Part shown: positions 1-12,888 of the stretch, piece by piece | Numbering within the stretch: the stretch's first letter is position 1 | How the letters are laid out: each line of letters opens with the position of its first letter | NCBI GenBank assembly: GCA_964016885.1 | Contig: OZ024745.1 | Span: 33,294,001 to 33,358,000 of the forward strand | Source of the DNA: Eledone cirrhosa | Lineage: Eukaryota | Reading direction: 5' to 3' | DNA: 64,000 nucleotides | Made by a program: the position numbers and the translations under genes | The notes under the pieces: model-generated | What the model saw: the letters and a program-made list of their open reading frames with translations, nothing else | Databases searched by the model: none | What the model was told of the DNA's origin: nothing

Positions 1-100
1 TGGTGTTAGGAAGGGCATCCAGCTGTAGAAATCAAGCCAGAATCAGTTCCCGTCCCACCCTTGCAAGCAGGGAAAAGTGGACGTAAAATGATGATGATGA
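1..100 (+). mobile_element. 3' end of tRNA-derived SINE with RTE-type tail
   Basis: Nearly identical to 5526-5635; ends in (GAT)n. Confidence 0.8.
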
Positions 101-218
101 TATATATATTATACATGTATAATATATATATATCATCATCATCATCATCATCGTTTAACGTCCATCATCATCATATATATATATATAAGTAGTTCCACAA
201 CAGTTAATTCACCATTTC

Positions 219-258
219 CGAGAACAATTTGTTTCACCTTACACGGATCATCAACTCG
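219..258 (-). ncRNA. Type I hammerhead ribozyme motif (degenerate core)
   Basis: CGAG-TTGATGA-TCCGTGTAAGGT-GAAAC-AAATT-GTT-CTCG; stem I CGAG/CTCG; core has C3>U. Confidence 0.6.
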
Positions 259-621
259 ATCTAAAACTGTTGTGGAACTACTTCTACCAAACTCGTCCCA
301 CGGATTGAGTGCTCTACTACTACCACCAGTGCTCTGCTAATATATATATATATATATACATATATATTATATATTATATATATATTATTTAGTGTCTAAA
401 TTCTGTATTATGGAATCATGCTAATATCCGTTAAAATTATACAACTAGTGTACACCTGTTTTTAAAGTGATGGCTGTTTTAATAATTACAGAGAATGCTG
501 ACTCCATTAAAAAATGAGTTGCAAGAGATGTCAACATGAATGGACTTGTTATTTTTATCTAAAGACATTTTTTCCAATTCCATCCTGCCTGTCCCCTCCA
601 TCTTACTTATTTCTCATTCTT

Positions 622-657
622 TCTTCTGATGAAGGACTAGAATCCGAAACGTTAAGA
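622..657 (+). ncRNA. Minimal type I hammerhead ribozyme motif (Penelope-type)
   Basis: TCTT-CTGATGA-A-GGA ctagaa TCC-GAAAC-GTT-AAGA; palindromic ACGT stem III. Confidence 0.7.
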
Positions 658-747
658 CCCTCTTCCTGCTCTATCAAGTGTTAACCTAATATATCCCTTC
701 CATATACTGTACTGATTGTGTTGTTATTTCTGTTTACCTTATATCAT

Positions 748-1171
748 AATCATCAACACCGTTTTACGTCCGTTCTTCCACGCTAGCATGGGTTAGATGG
801 GTTGTCCTGTTGTGGGCATATGGGTTGTCCTCATATGGGAACTGATTCTGGCTTGATTTCTACAGCTGGATGCCCTTCCTAACACCAACCTCATTTACAG
901 TGAGTGCTGGGTGCTTTTTTTCCGTGGCGCCTACACATCCACTTTACAGTGTGGGCTGGGTGCTTTTTTGCCGTGGCACCTCCACGACCACTTTGCAGTG
1001 GAATGATATGAACCCCAGTCCCTATCATCTCATTTCTACAGCTGAGTAAACTGGAGCAATGTGAAATAAAGTGTCTTGCTCAAGGAAACAACACATCACC
1101 CGGTCTGAGAATTGAACTCACAACCTTTCGATTGCAAGGCCAATGCTGTAACCACTAAGCCATGTGCCTCC
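748..1171 (-). mobile_element. tRNA-derived SINE (CORE-like middle, RTE-type 3' tail)
   Basis: A box TGGCTTAGTGG, B box GAGTTCAATTC, CCTTGAGCAAGACACTT middle, GGAAGGGCATCCAGCTGTAGAAA tail. Confidence 0.85.
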
Positions 1172-1173
1172 AT

Positions 1174-1283
<110 letters not shown>

Positions 1284-1490
1284 AGTTAGTGGTCTGGTGA
1301 CTGAGCTCACACCATTTCACAGCTTTTTGTCGGAGTGTATAATAATGATTATATAATTATTTATATCATAGACCGATTACATAACATATTGAAACAGATG
1401 TAAGGCTTTCCAGTATTCAATAAACGAGTTATTGAATATCAGCAAACATGGTTTTTTTTTTTATTAACCTGTGCATGTGTGTGAGTGTAA

Positions 1491-1534
<44 letters not shown>

Positions 1535-1616
1535 TATTTTCCGTTTAGGTTATGTAACTGTTATAGAAACACGTGTCAATAAATTCCTTTCAACTAAACT
1601 GTATCCATTCAAATCT

Positions 1617-1619
<3 letters not shown>

Positions 1620-1666
<47 letters not shown>

Positions 1667-1706
1667 TAAAATATATATATAAATAAAATATATAAAATAT
1701 ATATAT

Positions 1707-1759
<53 letters not shown>

Positions 1760-1775
1760 TATATATATATATAAA

Positions 1776-1807
<32 letters not shown>

Positions 1808-1862
1808 TATATATATATATAAAATATATATATATATATATATATAAAATATATATATATAT

Positions 1863-1907
<45 letters not shown>

Positions 1908-1912
1908 TATAT

Positions 1913-1967
<55 letters not shown>

Positions 1968-1986
1968 TATATATAAAACATATATA
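1620..1986. repeat. Interrupted (TA)n microsatellite
   Basis: Direct inspection. Confidence 0.97.
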
Positions 1987-3376
1987 TCATCATCATCATC
2001 ATCATCAGGTTTAGCGTCCGTGTTCCACGCTTGCATGGGTTTGGACGGGGGTTTTCCCACTTGAGGCAAGAGTGGTTGTCTTGCTCGCATAGGACTGTCT
2101 GGCGGGTTTTCTACAGTTGGATGCCCTTCCTAACACCAACCACATTTACAGTGTGGGGCTGGGAGGTTTTTACCGTGTTGCCTACATGGCCACATTACAG
2201 CGTGGACTGTCTGGCGGGTTTTCTACAGCTGGATGCCCTTCCTAACACCAACCAAATTTACAGTGTGGGGCTGAGAGGTTTTTACCGTGTTGCCTACATG
2301 GCCACATTTACAGCGTGGACTGTGTGTTTTTTTGTCGTGACACCTACACGATCTCATTTGATTCGGCCTGGATGGTGTGGGACCAACATAACTTTACATT
2401 GAAAGGGGCGGAGTGGATGGGGTGGAGGTGGTGGGACGGGGGTGTGTTTTGATAGAGATGCCTACTGACTGTAGTAGGTTTTACTTTGTATTTAGGTAAG
2501 GCGGGTCTTCTCTATTACTGAGTACCGCCAAAGGTCTCGGTCCAGTGACATTGTCTTGGAGAGGTGTAAGCGTGTGAGGTCGGAATTTATCAGCTCGTCC
2601 CATGTTTTTCTGGGTCTGCCTACTCCGTGGCTACCTTCTATCTTTATTGCCCTGCACTTTGTTATACAGCTGTCGTCTTTCATGCGCATCACGTGACCGT
2701 ACCAACGTAGCCTTCTCTCGAGTAAACAACATCTGATCCCTCTTATTTCTAATTTTTTCCCTAGTTCGTTTATGCTTTGCCGTTCACGTATATTACTATT
2801 GCACATCCAGCGGAGCAAGCAAGCTTCGTTCCTCTCTAGTCTGCGTATATCCTTTGCACACAATGCCCAGGTCTCACTGCCATGCAGCATTGCTGTTCGT
2901 ATGCAGGCATCGTATAACCTGCCTTTCATTTTTAGGGAGAACCCTCTAGCGGCTAATAGTGGTATAAGCTCTCTGAACTTTTTCCATCCAGTTCTGACTC
3001 TAGCTACTGTACTTTCAGAGCACCCTCCCCCACTGCTGGTTTTGTCACCCAGGTAACGGAAGCTGTCCACTATTTCTATAGAACCCTCTGCGCAGTTGAA
3101 GGAGCTAGTATTTTGTGGGCACTTGCTGCTACTTATTGCACCAGAGCACCGGCCACATGTAAAATCTATGTTCTTAGTTAGCTTACCTGTGATCCCACTA
3201 CATCTTTTATGCACCCATACTTTGCATTTGGGACATAAAATGGAGTTTCTACCTACGCCTTTCCTACACACTGAGCATGGCCATTTCCCAGAAGGGACCG
3301 CCGCCTTATTTTCTTTCCTACAAACTAGAACTTTAGTCTTAGCCAGGTTAATTTTAAGGCCTTTTGATTCTAGGCC
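1987..3376 (-). mobile_element. 5'-truncated RTE-clade LINE; ORF C-terminus intact at 2492-3376
   Basis: GLKINLAKTK...FRYLG...HGSETW...RRLRWYGHV...GRPRKTW; 3'UTR ends in (GAT)n; flanked by (TA)n. Confidence 0.92.
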
Positions 3377-3440
3377 GTATATAAAATATATATATATAAA
3401 ACATATATATATAAAATATATATAAAATATATATATATAA

Positions 3441-3482
<42 letters not shown>

Positions 3483-3628
3483 TATATATATATATAAAAT
3501 ATATATATATATAAAATATATATATATAAAACATATATATATAAAATATATATATATAAAACATATATATATATAAAACATATATATATATATATATATA
3601 TAAAATATATATATATATATATAAATAT

Positions 3629-3700
<72 letters not shown>

Positions 3701-3710
3701 ATATATATAT

Positions 3711-3755
<45 letters not shown>

Positions 3756-3969
3756 TATATAAAACATATATATATATATATATATAAAATATATATATAT
3801 AACATATATATATATATATAAAATATATATATATAAATATAAAATATATATATATATATATATATAATATATATATATAAAACATATATATATATATATA
3901 CAAAATATATATATATAACATATATATATATATAACATATATATATATATATAACATATATATATATAA

Positions 3970-4010
<41 letters not shown>

Positions 4011-4066
4011 TATATATAAAACATATATATATGAAATATATATATATAAAACATATATATATATAA

Positions 4067-4105
<39 letters not shown>

Positions 4106-4125
4106 TATATATATATAAATATAAA

Positions 4126-4157
<32 letters not shown>

Positions 4158-4559
4158 TATATAAAACATATATATATATATAAAATATATATATATAACA
4201 TATATATATATATATAAAATATATATATATAAATATAATATATATATATATATATATAATGTATATATATAAAACATATATATATATATATACAAAATAT
4301 ATATATATAACATATATATATATATAACATATATATATATATATAACATATATATATATAAAACATATATTTATATATATATATATATAAAATATATATA
4401 TATATATAAAATATATATATATATAAAATATATATATATATATAAAATATATATATATATATATATATATATAACATATATATATATAAAACATATATAT
4501 ATAAAATATATATATATATATAAAATATATATATATATATAAAATATATATATATATAT

Positions 4560-4612
<53 letters not shown>

Positions 4613-4739
4613 TATATATATATAAAATATATATATATATATATATATAAAATATATATATATAAAATATATATATATATATATATAAAATATATATATA
4701 TAAAATATATATATATATATATATAAAATATATATATAT

Positions 4740-4784
<45 letters not shown>

Positions 4785-4796
4785 TATATATATATA
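3377..4796. repeat. Long interrupted (TA)n tract (AAAA/AAAAC variants)
   Basis: Direct inspection. Confidence 0.97.
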
Positions 4797-4840
4797 TACG
4801 ATATTAAATAAATGGAAATTATATTTATAAAACCATATTT

Positions 4841-4904
4841 ATTTCATTATATATATTTCAGGGATATCATATTAACAATATGTTATGCCTTCTTCAGACA
4901 AAAT
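4841..4904 (-). ncRNA. Type I hammerhead ribozyme motif
   Basis: ATTTTGT-CTGAAGA-AGG...CATATT gtt AATATG...CCT-GAAA-TATAT-ATA-ATGAAAT; intact core. Confidence 0.65.
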
Positions 4905-5130
4905 ACAATATAGACAGTCTTATAAATAAATAGATTTGGCATACCTTTCAACATCGACTTGCATTTGAAAAGTTGATTTGGCAGTCAACCATATAATGAA
5001 ATAAATATGGTTTTATAAATATAATTTCCATTTATTTAATATCGTAAATATACTCCAAATACTTGTTGAGTGCTTTTATATCAGTTATAAATATTTACTC
5101 GTTGTAACCCAACAATTTAAATATAACTTT

Positions 5131-5230
<100 letters not shown>

Positions 5231-5290
5231 TATATATAAAATATATATATATATATATAAAATATATATATATATATATAATATATATAT

Positions 5291-5635
5291 GGAGGCACAT
5301 GGCTTAGTGGTTAGAGCATTGGCCTTGCAATCGAAAGGTTGTGAGTTCAATTCTCAGACCGGGTGATGTGTTGTTTTCTTGAGCAAGAGACTTTATTTCA
5401 CATTGCTCCAGTTTACTCAGCTGTAGAAATGAGATGATAGGGACAGGGGTCCCTATCATTCCACTGTAAAGTGGTCGTGGAGGTGCCACGGCAAAAAAGC
5501 ACCCAGCACTCACTGTAAATGAGGTTGGTGTTAGGAAGGGCATCCAGCTGTAGAAATCAAGCCAGAATCAGTTCCCGTCCCACCCTTGCAAGCAGGGAAA
5601 AAGCGGACGTAAAATGAAATGATGATGATGATGAT
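5291..5635 (+). mobile_element. tRNA-derived SINE, same family as 748-1171
   Basis: Near-identical head and middle; (GAT)n tail. Confidence 0.85.
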
Positions 5636-5944
5636 ATATATATATATATATAAAATATATATATATAAAATATATATATATAAAATATATATATATATAT
5701 AAAATATATATATATATATATATAAAATATATATATATATATATAAAATATATATATATATATATATAAATTATATATATATAAATTATATATATATATA
5801 TATATAAATTATATATATATATATATAAATTATATATATATATAAATTATATATATGTATAAATTATATATATATATATAAATTATATATATATATATAT
5901 ATAAATTATATATATATATATATATATATAAATTATATATATAT

Positions 5945-6018
<74 letters not shown>

Positions 6019-6208
6019 TATATATATATATATATATATATAAATTATATATACATATATATATATAAATTATATATATATATATATATATATAAATTAT
6101 ATATATATATATATATATAAATTATATATATATATATATAAATTATATATATATATATATAAATTATATATATATATATATATATATAAATTATATATAT
6201 ATATATAT

Positions 6209-6245
<37 letters not shown>

Positions 6246-6416
6246 TATATATATATATATATATAAATTATATATATATATATATAAATTATATATATAT
6301 ATATATAAAATATATATATATATATAAAATATATATATATATATAAAATATATATATATATATATATATAAAATATATATATATATATAAAATATATATA
6401 TATATATATATATAAA

Positions 6417-6448
<32 letters not shown>

Positions 6449-6649
6449 TATATATATATATATAAAATATATATATATATAAAGTACATATATATATATA
6501 TATATATATAAAGTATATATATATATATATATATAAAATATATATATATATATAAAGTACATATATATATATAAAGTATATATATATATATAAAGTATAT
6601 ATATATATATAAAGTATATATATATATATATAAAGTATATATAGATAAA

Positions 6650-6690
<41 letters not shown>

Positions 6691-6733
6691 ATATATATAT
6701 ATATAGATAAAGTATATATATATATACATAAAG

Positions 6734-6765
<32 letters not shown>

Positions 6766-6811
6766 ATATATATATATATATATATAAAGTATATATATAT
6801 ATGTATATAAA

Positions 6812-6843
<32 letters not shown>

Positions 6844-6844
6844 C

Positions 6845-6878
<34 letters not shown>
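5636..6878. repeat. Long interrupted (TA)n tract (AAAA/AAATT/AAAGT variant zones)
   Basis: Direct inspection. Confidence 0.97.
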
Positions 6879-6879
<1 letters not shown>

Positions 6880-7002
6880 AATGTTTATTAAAATAACAGA
6901 TTAAAGTTTAACGGGATCTTCTGGAACTTTGGATTTTAGTTTTCACATTTATTATTATTACTATATATATATATATGGCATATTATATGGGATTACATTT
7001 AC

Positions 7003-7137
7003 CTTAGCAATGAATTCTTCAAGATTTATAGCATGAGTGATTTCTTGAATGGCGCTAAGACTCATCTTACCAATTGTATCATGAATAGTATCCTTTAACT
7101 CATTAAGCCACCATTCCACACCACTGCATACAGGAAC
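7003..7137 (-). CDS. Dynein heavy chain exon 33 (gene continues beyond window)
   Basis: VPVCSGVEWWLNEL...INLEEFIAK|gtaaat (GxVExWL motif); AAA1 not reached in window. Confidence 0.92.
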
Positions 7138-7496
7138 CTACATACAAAAAAATATTTAGAGAGATAAATAGCATGATGGATAGGTAGTGACTATCATCAT
7201 TTAACATTCAATTTTTATTCTGTCATTAGGTGGATAGGTCATTACAATAGAAGTCAGTTCTTATTCAGAATTACTGACCTCATAGATAGGGTAGGGGACC
7301 ACATATGCTCATAAGCTGGGCTTCACAGGACCAGAAAGAACCTGACTCATTAGAAAATTGGAAGTTTAGTCCATTTATCATCATCATTAACATCATTTTA
7401 ATGTCCCCTTTCCCTGCTAGCAAGGGTTGGACAGGTTTACACAGACATAAAATAAATAAATTTAAAACATAATAAATAAATAAATACAATGAATAC

Positions 7497-7589
7497 CTTT
7501 TTATTTAATATTAATTTTTCTCCATCAGAACTTTTTACAGCAACTATTTTAAATTCAGTAACTTTTTCCATTTCTTGAATTTTCTTAGG
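7497..7589 (-). CDS. Dynein heavy chain exon 32
   Basis: KIVAVKSSDGEKLILNKK (cf. ISSxEGExIxL). Confidence 0.9.
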
Positions 7590-7616
7590 CTTAAAAAAAC
7601 ATTTAATAATAATAAA

Positions 7617-8370
7617 TGGTTTCTAATTTAAGCACAAGGTCAGCAATTTTTGGGGGAAACGAAAAAGTCGATTATATCAACCCCAGTACTTAACTGGTAC
7701 TTGGAAGGATGAAAAGCAAAGTTAACCTCAGTAGGATTTGAACCCAGAATATAGAGAGCCAGAACAAATACTGCAAAGCATTTGTCCAACCCTCTAACAT
7801 CTCTGTCAATTCACCAACCTAACAATAATATTAATAATTGTTTCTACTTTTGGCACAAGGCCAGCAATTATCCAGTGCATTACTGGTACTTTATTTTATC
7901 GACCCCGTAAGGTTGAAAGGCAAAGTTAACCTAGGCAGGATTTGAACTCAGAATGGCAAGGGCCGTAACTCTATGCATCAAAGCATGGCGTCCAACCCTC
8001 TATTGATACTGCCAATTCACCGCCCTAACAATAATATTAATAATGGTTTCATATTTAGGAACACAGCCAATCATTTTGTGACTGACCCCAGTACTTGACT
8101 GGTACTTTATTTTATCGACCCTGGAGGAATGAAAGGCAAAGTTGACCTTGTGAGATTTGATATCAGAATATAGAGAGCTAAAACAAACATAAAACCTTTT
8201 GTTTGGTGCTCTAATGATTCTGCCAATCAATAATAGTAATAACAATGGTTTCTAATTTTAGCACAAGGCCAGTAATTTTTGGAGGGAAGGGAAGTCAGTT
8301 GAACTGACCGCAATACTTGACTTGTACTTTACTTTATTGACCTCAGAAGAATGAAAGGAAAAGTTGATCA
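7617..8370 (-). mobile_element. Four head-to-tail Nin/Deu-domain SINE copies
   Basis: Repeated GCCTTTCATCC..GGGTCGATAAAATAAAGTACCAG core; further copies near 13822, 27228, 30155, 36295, 46666, 50743, 51290, 57520, 59460, 60458. Confidence 0.75.
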
Positions 8371-8601
8371 TGTTAGCATGGGCTGGACGATATTGTTTTG
8401 AGGCAGTTTTTCTACAGCCTTTCTAATGCTAACCTATACTTTATATTCATTGATCTACTAAGCTGTAAGACATATTGCTTATGATGAAAATAAGCAAATG
8501 TCACCGAATTACTTTTTAAAGTTTTAACCTTTTTCAATATAGAGACACGTGTAGGGACTGACAAACACACACACATAATATATATATAATCTTCAATAGA
8601 T

Positions 8602-10590
8602 CTTCAATAGAAACTGTGTCAAAATTAGCTACTCCTGCAGTCCCCCTATTAAATCTTATATCATCAATAAAAAATCACCTAGAGAACATCAAAATTGCTC
8701 CTGTAGAGGCAAAAGTGAATGCCCATTACAAGGTAAATGCAACACCAAAGCCATTGTATATGCGGCTAAAGTGACAACCATCAGCAACAACCAACCAGCC
8801 ACCAGTGAGCGATATGTGCGTATGACACAAGACAAATTCAAAATGTGGTATTACTCACATGTCGCATCTTTCTGACATCCAGAAAAAAGATTCACAACAG
8901 CTCTGGCTAGCAGAATATGGGATTTGAAAGACCAAGGTATCCAATATAAATTGGATTGGTCAATTTTGAACCAATCTAAAGAATATGCAAGAGGAACAAG
9001 AAGATGCACACTCTGCATAAGTGAAAAATATTGGATTTTACAAAACCTTAAATCACCAAAAACCTGCCTAAATACAAAAACGGAAATTTTCACCAGTTGC
9101 CCACACATGAAATCACACTTGCTTTCCAGCTCATATAAACTTAACTCACTTTCAGATACTTATCCTCCATAAACTCTTATTCTTCACTTCCCTTAAATTA
9201 TTCTATTTACAGACTTCTCTCTCTGTTTTACTTTCATTTTTAACTTTATTTTTAATTTTATTTTTATTTTTACTTCACATCCACCAGTAACCCCCCCCCC
9301 TACTCTTCGATTCACTTACCTAATAACTTCACATTCCACATGTTACTTCCCCATTTTCTTTCACTACCTGATTTGACATGTCACTTGCGTTTTCCACTCC
9401 AGATACATTCTGTTGTTTCGCAGCAGTTTTTATATTAGTACTCATTTATTCATAAGGCTGCTTTTTATTCTGTATCTATATGTCTGAGTGTGTTTATATG
9501 TGTATACGTTCTGTATATGTATACGAGCGCCTCTGTATGTGTGCGTGTATATATATGTGTGTGTATGTGTGTTTTTTATATCTATGCTTTTTACATTCTT
9601 ATTTTTACGTGTGTGCATAAGCGGGTGACTGTACGTGAATGTGTATGTATGTATGTATATATGTATATGTATGTATGGGTGTGTATGTGTGTGTGTATAT
9701 GAAATTATAGTCGCGTACGTACGTGTGATTAGATATACATGGGACGAGATATATATATATATATATATACGTGCCTCGTGTGTATGTATGTACGCATAAA
9801 TGCGCTTTTGTCTGTACGTATTTATGTGTATAAATATTTTTATAGATATATGTGTATGTACGTGAGTCCCTATGTTTGTTTTCTTTTCTCTAGTGTTAAT
9901 TGATTACTTTCTCTTTCATTTAAACATTTTTTTCATTCTCATATAGTTTCATTTTTATACATATATCGAGAATGACACTTCTTTTCACTATTACACTCCC
10001 TTCCCTCTTTATCTTCCGCATATAAGTGACCGCGCGTGTGTCTGTGTTTATACGCGTGCTTTCATACTCGTATGTGTATTTAATACTTGTATCTAGATGC
10101 GTGTCAACTATATCATCATCATCTCTTTCAACTCATATTATATCCGTATTTGTGGTCACATATACACAAATATACTTGCCCTCATATATGTACTTACGCA
10201 CACATTTTCACCATACACATGCATTTGTACATACACACATATGTACATTTGTGAGTGTATATACATACATATACACATACCTAACTATATTTCATTATAT
10301 TTTTTGTATATTTTTGTATATTTTTTAATATATCTCTTGCATTACTTTTATTTATATATTTTTTGCATTTCTTGAGGAGACTTTCCAAATATTTCACTAT
10401 GTTTTATATTACCTTGTCCGACGAACGAATGAGGACGTTTTTTTCGTATTCGTCTTATTCGGGAAACCTCTGGTAATGAGGTAATTATATTGTATTGTTT
10501 ATTATACATTAAATTTTGCTCTGGTACTTACATAGAGCACTCTTCACTCCTATGACTTTTTCAATTTTCAACGGAAACTTCAATACTTAT
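8602..10590 (+). mobile_element. 5'-truncated Penelope-like element (GIY-YIG endonuclease pseudogene, microsatellite-rich 3' region, hammerhead)
   Basis: FNRNCVKISYSC...CSC...CPLQGKC...IVYAAKV...RCTLCISEKYWI...LNTKTEIFTSCPH with one in-frame stop near 8872. Confidence 0.88.
10408..10485 (+). ncRNA. Type I hammerhead motif at 3' end of Penelope element
   Basis: ATTACCTTGT-CCGACGA-long stem II-GAAA-CC tct GG-TA-ATGAGGTAAT; 10-bp stem I with G-U pairs; U4>C. Confidence 0.7.
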
Positions 10591-10744
10591 ATATATATTT
10601 GAAAAAAAGGAAAAGAATGACTTCACTTGTAGTGCTAAAAAATTTTTGATTTAAATCAAAAATTTTTTAACACTACAAGTGAAGTCATTCTTTTCCTTTT
10701 TTTAAAATATACCTAACTGTACCAAGGATCTCACACATTTTCCA

Positions 10745-10777
<33 letters not shown>

Positions 10778-11005
10778 ATGAGCTTCCCTACAGTTTCTGT
10801 CAACTAAGTTCAGTGGTTGGCCCTATGAGAAGACACTTGTGCAAGGTGCAATGCTGTAGGATTGAACAAGGAAAACACATGGTTGCAGGAATAACACAGA
10901 ACCATGTATAATGAAGATGAATTAAAATATGCAGTGAAGTTTTTTTTTTTTTTAAATAAAATATCTAGTAATTCAACTACAGAATATAAAAGTGATAAAT
11001 TTTAC

Positions 11006-11126
11006 AATTGTATTAGTTTCTGTAATTTGGTCAAATTGTAGATCTGACGTTGTAGATTCTAATAAAAGACCTCTTTTCTTTTCAAATAATTCAGTTTCTA
11101 TTTCACTGACATATCCAAACAAAGAT
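11006..11126 (-). CDS. Dynein heavy chain exon 31
   Basis: SLFGYVSEIE...TETNTI|gtaaaa; donor position tentative. Confidence 0.75.
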
Positions 11127-11223
11127 CTGAAGCAAAAATAGAAAAAAAAACAGTTCAGTGTAGATGAGATGGTATGTAAGGGTTATGAGCCTATCAAGTG
11201 TAAAGTAAACATTAAATAATTAC

Positions 11224-11420
11224 CCCAGTGTTGGTTTTATAGATTCCAAAGATTGAGGGCAACTTAATGTTGCTAACAGAACAGGATTTGATAGAAAGAA
11301 GAAACGAGGAAATTGCATTCTTTTCTTTTCTAGATAATTTTCAAGTGATCTGGAGCAGGATTCTAGATCTTTCTGTATATGTAGCAACACAGATTTAAGT
11401 GGTATTTCTCCACAGCAGGT
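11224..11420 (-). CDS. Dynein heavy chain exon 30
   Basis: YLEKKRMQFPRFFFLSN, the canonical dynein linker motif. Confidence 0.97.
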
Positions 11421-11494
11421 CTTAAAAATTAAAAAAAGATTGCCTTGAATTTATTTTTGATCGTATTAGAAAATTAATATAATTGATAAGTGTA

Positions 11495-11672
11495 ATAGCT
11501 GACTATGAAGAAGTGATGCTAGAGCTGTGAAATCTTGCATGCATTAATTTCAACGTTTTTTAATAAGAACTGCATTATTTCTTTCCAGGGACTATGTTGA
11601 AAAATAAATCTCATTTGGTCATTCCATGAGAGTATCTTGCTCAGCCTATTAACTTTTGAGCTGACACTCATT
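11495..11672. mobile_element. Mariner-like MITE (partial)
   Basis: Homologous to 35281-35460 and 48060-48260. Confidence 0.7.
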
Positions 11673-12888
11673 GTTATCCTATCACATTGCTCATGTTATT
11701 TTCAACTAAATTACCAACAACCAGCATGTAGCTACTGCTGTATGTGTTTCTCTCTCTCCCCTACCATCCTATAACTGTTTCTCCTCTTTACATTCACAAT
11801 CAAATTCTCTCCTCTTTAAACTTTTGGCCATCACTTTGCCTTGTGATAATCATAGTCTTCGTCATATTTACTTTGAAAGAACAGCGAACAGAGGACAATT
11901 TATCCTTGTAGTGGATAAAACAACCTCTCTAGTGTTAGTGGTATGATAAAACACACCCAGTACACCCTGTAAAGTAGTTAGTAATTATGTAGAGACAATG
12001 TAGAGTAGAGATGACTTTTGTAATGTCGAAGACATGACAGTCACTTTAGTACTGGTATATGATAAAATGCACCCAGTACGTGCATTCTATAAAAGGATGA
12101 TGTTGGGAAGGACAACCAGCTATAGAAACAATGACAACAATGGGATGTACAAGTGAGATGTGAGTCAACTTGCTGAGGAGTGTAGTAACTTTGAATAAGA
12201 ATTGACTTAAATTGTAACGACCTACACAGATTATGCAAACATAGAATGCAAACATAAAATGAGGATGATAATAAAAGGTTTTAGATGTTGAAATTTGAAA
12301 ACATATGCAATGGTAAATTCTATCAAAATGTTTTATTGAAAATGTTTCAATTCTGTGTTATTAAATTTTGGGAAAATTTACTTGGAAAATGTTTTTGCTG
12401 TTGTCACTCTAGGTAAGCACTTTCAATATTGTCCCTTAGCTTACTTATCATCATCATCACCATTTGCTAAATCTCCTTACACCAACTCACCATATATTCT
12501 AAGCCGTAAATCTTAGGAAAACATAACCCCAGCCCCATGAAATGTGTTGGATACAATTTAGAAAATCAAGTTAACCCTTTTGGTACAAAACTATATTTTA
12601 AAATGTTTATCCTTATTTTAAAACTTTCCACCATTTTATTTTAGAAATGTTTGTTAAAGATCAGCTTACTAATAAAAAAAAAAGTTATTCTATTAAATTC
12701 ATCAAAAGTTTTAGTTATTTTCAAAATTAATTGTACCACATAAGCATTGCATTTCTAATGAAATACAGTAATGAAAGTACTTTTTATAATATTAGCTTCC
12801 TTTGTTGGAGTTGACCAACAACCATCATCATTAAACCTCTACCACTACTATACCCACTACTACTAGTATCATAACCACCACAACAACG

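Noticed and set aside
456-558. Possible dynein exon 34 (ctttag|IKITSPF...KT|gtgta)
   Set aside because: Open in phase 0 but lacks the expected PAQ...W motif; weak donor
1395-1450. Hairpin with CTGATA...GAAAG on the minus strand
   Set aside because: Core incomplete and no convincing stems I or III
5291-5365. tRNA gene
   Set aside because: A/B boxes continue into a SINE body repeated many times; treated as a SINE head
8460-8560. Hairpin plus GAGACACGTGTA as a decayed hammerhead
   Set aside because: No recognisable CUGANGA; too degenerate to call
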